This document shows, piece by piece, positions 32,017 through 35,813 of a stretch of DNA of 35,813 nt. Each line of letters opens with the position of its first letter. The first letter of the stretch is position 1. The translations under genes and the position numbers were made by a program. This stretch comes from a virus, in the IMG/VR virus record IMGVR_UViG_3300045988_082386; one strand, written 5' to 3'. Under the pieces are notes generated by a model. The model was given only the letters and a program-made list of their open reading frames with translations. It was not told where the DNA came from and ran no database searches.

Positions 32017-32399
32017 ACCCTGACTTGGGCAAGAAAGGAGTTGATCTTTTGACCAAACTTTTGTTTTTGCCCTGTTCTCTTAATTTGAGGTTGCAATAAT
32101 GGTTAGCCAAAGCATTTAAAACTGGCGTAAAATGTAGTAATTAGTACGGCGTTACTACTCAGGTGCTAGAGTATAATACACAGAGACGGCACTCGTAAAA
32201 TGCTTCACCGTACTTAATGCTCCTCTTAATCCGTCAACTAATGGGCTATTATATTTTTGCGCAGAACTAAAACTGCATAAGTGACGGAGTCCTTGATAGA
32301 AGCATTTAGCTCCATTAGATGTGGTGAAAACCTGCAAAGTACATAGGGTTAAAAAATTTAGCATTTAACTGTTAGGAATGGAGCTCCTAACAGTTTTTT
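32017..32399 (+). ncRNA. Candidate structured/antisense RNA of unknown class (about 380 nt)
   Basis: The region is bracketed by the plus-strand promoter and a plus-strand-specific terminator. It has no credible ORF and contains several 7-9-bp perfect complementary segments, some nested. It is visibly less AT-rich than its surroundings. Confidence 0.4.
32368..32399 (+). terminator. Intrinsic terminator (plus strand), overlapping 3' end of convergent cro-like gene
   Basis: ACTGTTAGGA-atggagc-TCCTAACAGT forms a perfect 10-bp stem followed by TTTTT. On the minus strand no T-tract follows. Confidence 0.75.
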
Positions 32400-32608
32400 G
32401 TTTGTTTTGGTAAACGTGGCTTAAGAAAAAAATCTGTATTTACATTCAATACACCACAAATTATTGAATATTCTTCAAATGTAATTCTTCTTTTTCCATT
32501 AAGTGCTAAATTTAGTTTTGGAAGTTCTATACCTGTTTGCCTACTAACAAATGCTTGTGTAATTCCTTTTTCTTCTAAGTAACTTTTTATTTTTATTCCT
32601 ACTTCCAA
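32387..32608 (-). CDS. Cro-like XRE-family HTH regulator
   Basis: KSYLEEKGITQAFVSRQTGIELPKLNLALNG is an HTH_3 motif. The start is TTG with SD GGAGGA 8 nt upstream. The gene is divergent from the repressor gene. Confidence 0.75.
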   Translation of the reverse strand: MEVGIKIKSYLEEKGITQAFVSRQTGIELPKLNLALNGKRRITFEEYSIICGVLNVNTDFFLKPRLPKQTKNC

Positions 32609-32631
32609 TTACAATATCCTCCTTTCTTATT

Positions 32632-32706
32632 TCGATATTTTCGAAACTAACTGTATAATACACCGATATTTTCGAACTGTCAATATATTTTTTCGATATT
32701 TTCGAA
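32632..32706. promoter_or_regulatory. Operator array: three copies of CGATATTTTCGAA in the switch region
   Basis: Exact 13-mers start at 32633, 32664 and 32694, spaced 31 and 30 bp apart. Related half-sites are aatcgaaat (32721-32729) and tttcgatta (32742-32750). Confidence 0.65.
32655..32683 (-). promoter_or_regulatory. Early lytic promoter (PR-like)
   Basis: On the minus strand: TTGACA (32678-32683), a 17-nt spacer, then TATTAT (32655-32660). The spacer contains operator copy 2. Confidence 0.65.
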
Positions 32707-32713
32707 TTTTTTA

Positions 32714-32742
32714 TTTACATAATCGAAATAGAGTGTTATACT
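32714..32742 (+). promoter_or_regulatory. Repressor-gene promoter (PRM-like)
   Basis: TTTACA (32714-32719), a 17-nt spacer, then TGtTATACT (hexamer 32737-32742). Confidence 0.55.
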
Positions 32743-32770
32743 TTCGATTAACAGATAGGAGGTGTATAAT

Positions 32771-33223
32771 ATGACTTTTGGAAAAAGATTAAGAGAATCT
32801 AGAAAAGCTAAAAGCTATACTCAAAAGGATTTAGCTAACCTGATTGGAGCGAAACATAACTCCATAAGTGATTGGGAAAATGATAAAAATAAACCAGATC
32901 CTGACACTATCGAACTTTTATGTGGTGTTCTTGATATAACCCCAAATTATTTACTTAATTCAAACACTGATGATTTCTCACCATTAGAAACTGAAATCAT
33001 AAAAAAATACCGTACACTTGACGAACACAGTAAAGAACTTATTTTAACCATCCTCAATAAGGAATATGAACATATGCTTGGTAAAAACGGTACATCAAAT
33101 ACTGCTTTTGCTTCATTAAAACATAATAATTTGCTTAATGCAGCACATCAAAGAACAGATATTGATATTCCAGAAGGAATTGATACATCAGAAAACGACA
33201 TTATGGACGACGAAAACTTCTAG
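32771..33223 (+). CDS. cI/ImmR-like phage repressor (XRE HTH, no S24 peptidase domain)
   Basis: FGKRLRESRKAKSYTQKDLANLIGAKHNSISDWENDKNKP is an HTH_3 motif. The start is set to ATG 32771 (SD AGGAGG, 8-nt spacing). An ImmA-like gene follows. Confidence 0.85.
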   Translation: MTFGKRLRESRKAKSYTQKDLANLIGAKHNSISDWENDKNKPDPDTIELLCGVLDITPNYLLNSNTDDFSPLETEIIKKYRTLDEHSKELILTILNKEYEHMLGKNGTSNTAFASLKHNNLLNAAHQRTDIDIPEGIDTSENDIMDDENF

Positions 33224-33248
33224 TCCAAAAACGAAAGAGGGTTAAAGG

Positions 33249-33713
33249 ATGACATATGAAGAATTATTAATCGAAAGTGATAACCTAGGACTAATCGTGA
33301 AAGAAAAGCCTTTGGAATATCACGACGGAAGGATTAAGGGGAATCGTGTAGCAATTAGAAGCACAATTCCTACAAACACACAAAAAGCGTGTGTATTAGC
33401 TGAAGAAATAGCACATCACATCACTTCCACTGGTGATATATTAGATATGAGTAATATTTCAAACAGAAAACAAGAATATAAGGCAAGAATTTGGAGTTAC
33501 AATAAATTGATAGATTTACAAGGTTTTATTAATGCTTTCGAACACCATTGTACTAACTTATACGAAACAGCAACTTTTCTTGGTGTTACAGAGCAGTTTC
33601 TTGCAGACACAATAAATGCTTATATGCATAAATATGGATGCTACATAAGGTACAAGAATTATGTTATTGAATTTGGATTTAATTCAGTAAATGTAATAAT
33701 GCAATACAATTAA
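33249..33713 (+). CDS. ImmA/IrrE-like (DUF955/M78) putative anti-repressor metalloprotease, EExxH variant
   Basis: YEELLIESDNLGLIVKEKPL...CVLAEEIAHHITS...NRKQEYKARIWSY matches the short ImmA family. The usual HExxH reads EEIAH here. Confidence 0.65.
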   Translation: MTYEELLIESDNLGLIVKEKPLEYHDGRIKGNRVAIRSTIPTNTQKACVLAEEIAHHITSTGDILDMSNISNRKQEYKARIWSYNKLIDLQGFINAFEHHCTNLYETATFLGVTEQFLADTINAYMHKYGCYIRYKNYVIEFGFNSVNVIMQYN

Positions 33714-33732
33714 TTTTAAGGAGGGAAAAAGT

Positions 33733-34485
33733 ATGGCAATGATTAAATGTGTAGAATGTGGAAAGGAATTTTCAGACAGAGCCTCTGCTTGTCCTGAATG
33801 TGGTTGTCCTACAGAATATTCAGTAGATTCAAATAATGTTGCTTCTGATTCTGATGGATTTGTAGAGCAGGATTCTATTGTAGAAGATGAAACAGAAGAA
33901 TCTACAACTAATATCAGCGACACAGTAAAGGATTTCGCAGGTAAAGCTTTAGCATCTTGGAATGACAGAAACCATGCCACATCAAAAGTTAATGTAATTA
34001 AGGTGGACGAACAACATAGAACTTTTCAAATTAAAGGATATATACCTAAACATAAAAGTGGCGGTGTTGGAAAAGCTTTAAAAGGTGCTTTAGCTGTATC
34101 TACATTTGGTATGTCAAGCATTATAAGCAGTAGCGTAAATTCAGCAGGTGCTAACAATTGGTATAATTTTGATGACCTGGTAAGCTATGAGCTTTTAGCT
34201 GATGATTCTGTTGTAGTAAGTGGCGGTGTAGGCCAAGCATTAATAGGTGGTTTAGCCTTTGGGGGTGCTGGTGCAGTTGCCGGTGGCATTACCGGAAAAA
34301 GAAAACAGAAGAAAAAAATCGAATCTCTTATTATTAGAGTAACCTTAAATGATTTCAAGACACCTTGCATTTGCATTCCTATTGTAACTAAAGCTGTCAA
34401 AGTTGGAACAAAAGATTATTTCCAAGCTACAACTGAAGCTCAACAGGTATTATCAATGCTTGATGTAATTGCACATAATAAATAA
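33733..34485 (+). CDS. Zinc-ribbon protein with acidic linker and glycine-zipper membrane segment (lysogeny-module accessory)
   Basis: The N-terminus has CVECG...CPECGCP. An acidic low-complexity linker follows. The segment GGVGQALIGGLAFGGAGAVAGGITG is followed by KRKQKKK. SD AAGGAGGG is present. Confidence 0.7.
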   Translation: MAMIKCVECGKEFSDRASACPECGCPTEYSVDSNNVASDSDGFVEQDSIVEDETEESTTNISDTVKDFAGKALASWNDRNHATSKVNVIKVDEQHRTFQIKGYIPKHKSGGVGKALKGALAVSTFGMSSIISSSVNSAGANNWYNFDDLVSYELLADDSVVVSGGVGQALIGGLAFGGAGAVAGGITGKRKQKKKIESLIIRVTLNDFKTPCICIPIVTKAVKVGTKDYFQATTEAQQVLSMLDVIAHNK

Positions 34486-34530
34486 TTATTTAAAATAAAA
34501 AAGAGCCAGCCACTAACGACCAGCTCCAAT

Positions 34531-34569
34531 GTGATGCAATATCACCCTGAACAAGTTATATTGTATCAC
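34531..34569 (+). terminator. 12-bp inverted repeat upstream of int (possible terminator or regulatory hairpin)
   Basis: GTGATGCAATAT-N15-ATATTGTATCAC (one G.U pair) is followed by TTTTAGG. The loop is large and the T-tract short. Confidence 0.35.
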
Positions 34570-34656
34570 TTTTAGGAGCATCTGGTCAATCCGAACTACT
34601 GTTCATAGGCTGGATGTTATTTTTATACCCTTTTTAGGGGAGAAAGGAGATACAAT

Positions 34657-35712
34657 ATGGCTGTTTTTAAAGATGAAACTAGAAATACTTATTATGTAAA
34701 CTTATATTACACAGATTATACAGGACAAAAAAAGCAAAAAAGAAAGCGTGGATTTAAACTAAAAAAAGATGCTATAAATTGGGAACGTGAGTTTTTACTG
34801 CAAATGCAAGGAGAACCTGATATGACCTTAAACTCTCTCGCTCAATTATATCTTATGGATATAAAAACAAGATTAAAAGAAGTAACTTATGATGGTCATA
34901 AACATTTATTAAACAATAGAATACTTCCATATCTGGGCAATAAACCAATTAATTTAATAACTCCTGCTGATATAAGGGTATGGCAAAATAAACAGATTTC
35001 CCAAGGATATTCGGATGCATACCTTAAACGTATGAACAACCTACTTGTTGCTACTTTAAACTTTGCTGTGAAATTCTATAATTTAAAAGAAAATCCATGT
35101 CATTTAGCTGGAACTATGGGAAAACGAAAGCGAAGTAAAATAACATTCTGGACCAAAGAAGAATATTTTAAATTCATTGCTTTAGTTGATGATATTACAA
35201 AGTATACAATGTTTCAAACTCTTTACTATACCGGTATTAGAATTGGAGAATTATTAGCTTTGACATACAATGATATCGATCTAGATAATGGAATCATTAG
35301 AATAAACAAAACCGTCAATTTTAAAGGTGGAAAGGTTATCTTCACTTCTCCTAAAACACCAAAAAGTAATAGGGAAATAACAATTCCACAATTACTAGTT
35401 AAAGATTTAAGTAATTATATTAAGAAAATTTATAGCTATAAAATGACCGACCGTGTCTTTCCATATACAAAAGCTATTCTTTATAAGGAACTCAAAAAGA
35501 AAAGTGAACAGGCTGGACTAAAAAAGATACGAATACATGATTTTAGACATTCACATGCAAGTTTATTAATTGATATGGGTATTAACCCATTACTTATTTC
35601 TGAAAGATTAGGGCATGAACGGGTTGAAACTACTCTTAATATCTACAGTCATTTATACCCTTCTAGATCAGATGAATTAGCCGAAAAACTAGATAAAATA
35701 ATGTCATATTAA
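34657..35712 (+). CDS. int: Tyrosine integrase (phage integrase family)
   Basis: An N-terminal arm-binding/SAM-like region is present, with catalytic motifs TGIRIGELLAL...HDFRHSHASLL...LGHERVETTLNIYSHLY. SD AAAGGAG is present. Confidence 0.95.
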   Translation: MAVFKDETRNTYYVNLYYTDYTGQKKQKRKRGFKLKKDAINWEREFLLQMQGEPDMTLNSLAQLYLMDIKTRLKEVTYDGHKHLLNNRILPYLGNKPINLITPADIRVWQNKQISQGYSDAYLKRMNNLLVATLNFAVKFYNLKENPCHLAGTMGKRKRSKITFWTKEEYFKFIALVDDITKYTMFQTLYYTGIRIGELLALTYNDIDLDNGIIRINKTVNFKGGKVIFTSPKTPKSNREITIPQLLVKDLSNYIKKIYSYKMTDRVFPYTKAILYKELKKKSEQAGLKKIRIHDFRHSHASLLIDMGINPLLISERLGHERVETTLNIYSHLYPSRSDELAEKLDKIMSY

Positions 35713-35718
35713 TGTCAC
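35698..35718 (+). promoter_or_regulatory. Candidate integrase arm-type site pair (2x TAATGTCA), overlapping int stop codon
   Basis: ataatgtcatattaatgtcac matches 153-173 at 19/21 positions. It lies on the other side of the terminal-repeat junction. Confidence 0.45.
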
Positions 35719-35729
35719 AAAAAGAAAAA

Positions 35730-35760
35730 GGACTTAGGAAAATCTCCTAAGTCCCTTTAT
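35730..35760 (+). terminator. Intrinsic terminator of int
   Basis: GGACTTAGGA-aaatc-TCCTAAGTCC forms a perfect 10-bp stem followed by CTTTATTTAT. Confidence 0.75.
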
Positions 35761-35813
35761 TTATAGGCTATTCGCCATTATATCGTATTATTCGATAATT
35801 GTAGCAACCTTAC
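35759..35813 (+). repeat. Right copy of exact 55-bp terminal direct repeat
   Basis: Identical to 1-55. It begins 46 nt after the integrase stop and overlaps the T-tail of the int terminator. Confidence 0.97.

Larger units (their letters stand above)
1..35813. mobile_element. Complete temperate siphovirus-like phage genome / prophage (att-to-att or circular contig)
   Basis: A full modular set is present: lysogeny, early/recombination/replication, late activator, packaging, head, tail and lysis. An integrase sits at one end, and exact 55-bp repeats form both window termini. Confidence 0.9.

Noticed and set aside
32049-32099. 16-codon plus-strand mini-ORF (MTKLLFLPCSLNLRLQ) with AAAGGAG 8 nt upstream of a TTG
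   Set aside because: It is too short and unremarkable to call as a leader peptide or type I toxin. Toxins of that kind are usually 25 aa or longer with a clear TM helix. I note it only as a possibility within the candidate RNA.
32155-32364. 69-aa minus-strand ORF in the ORF-free region
   Set aside because: There is no SD upstream of its ATG. The composition is unusual for this genome (Cys/Ser/Thr/Gly-rich with few Lys/Glu/Ile/Asn). It coincides with the dense complementary segments, so the region is treated as non-coding.
33684-33980. Minus-strand ORFs 33684..33980 and 34185..34400, opposite the zinc-ribbon gene
   Set aside because: These are antisense shadows of a plus-strand gene that has a strong SD. 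One of them simply mirrors the Gly/Ala-rich zipper as a Pro/Ala-rich frame.

Overview
This window appears to be one complete, AT-rich temperate siphovirus-type phage genome of about 35.76 kb, either a circular contig or a prophage cut att-to-att. The gene families suggest a low-GC Firmicute (Clostridia-like) host. The first 55 nt are repeated exactly as the last 55 nt.

Gene order on the minus strand, from high to low coordinates:
- cro-like HTH
- a 420-bp ORF-free structured region
- a second HTH and an Xis-like HTH
- small early genes
- recombination module: YqaJ exonuclease, DUF1351, RecT
- RusA
- DnaD-like replication organiser
- PAPS-reductase-like PP-loop enzyme
- DUF3850/ASCH
- a self-contained moron cassette
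- late activator (DUF1492/RinA-like)
- TerS, TerL, portal, MuF, scaffold, major capsid
- head-tail connectors and major tail protein
- two tail chaperone ORFs (G/T-like arrangement)
- tape measure, Dit-like protein, an approximately 800-aa tail-tip protein, tail fibres
- holin, a DUF4406-like protein, and a C39-like cysteine-peptidase endolysin

The plus-strand lysogeny module (32.7-35.7 kb) encodes a cI/ImmR-like repressor, an ImmA-like protease, a zinc-ribbon/glycine-zipper membrane protein and a tyrosine integrase.

I saw no tRNA, rRNA, CRISPR array or transposon.

Most noteworthy observations:
1. A promoter-to-terminator bracketed, highly self-complementary, ORF-free element on the lysogeny strand inside the early lytic leader. 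It is a candidate structured or antisense RNA.
2. A moron whose flanks share a perfect 16-bp inverted repeat, tying its promoter region to its terminator just upstream of the late activator.
3. An activator-type late promoter followed by a promoter-proximal terminator in front of terS.
4. A MuF head protein carrying an extra C-terminal domain with an HxH...SD motif (JAB/MPN-like).
5. Paired TAATGTCA arm-type repeats flanking the int-proximal junction (attP architecture).

All functional calls rest on motif recognition by eye, SD/start context and synteny. No database search was run.
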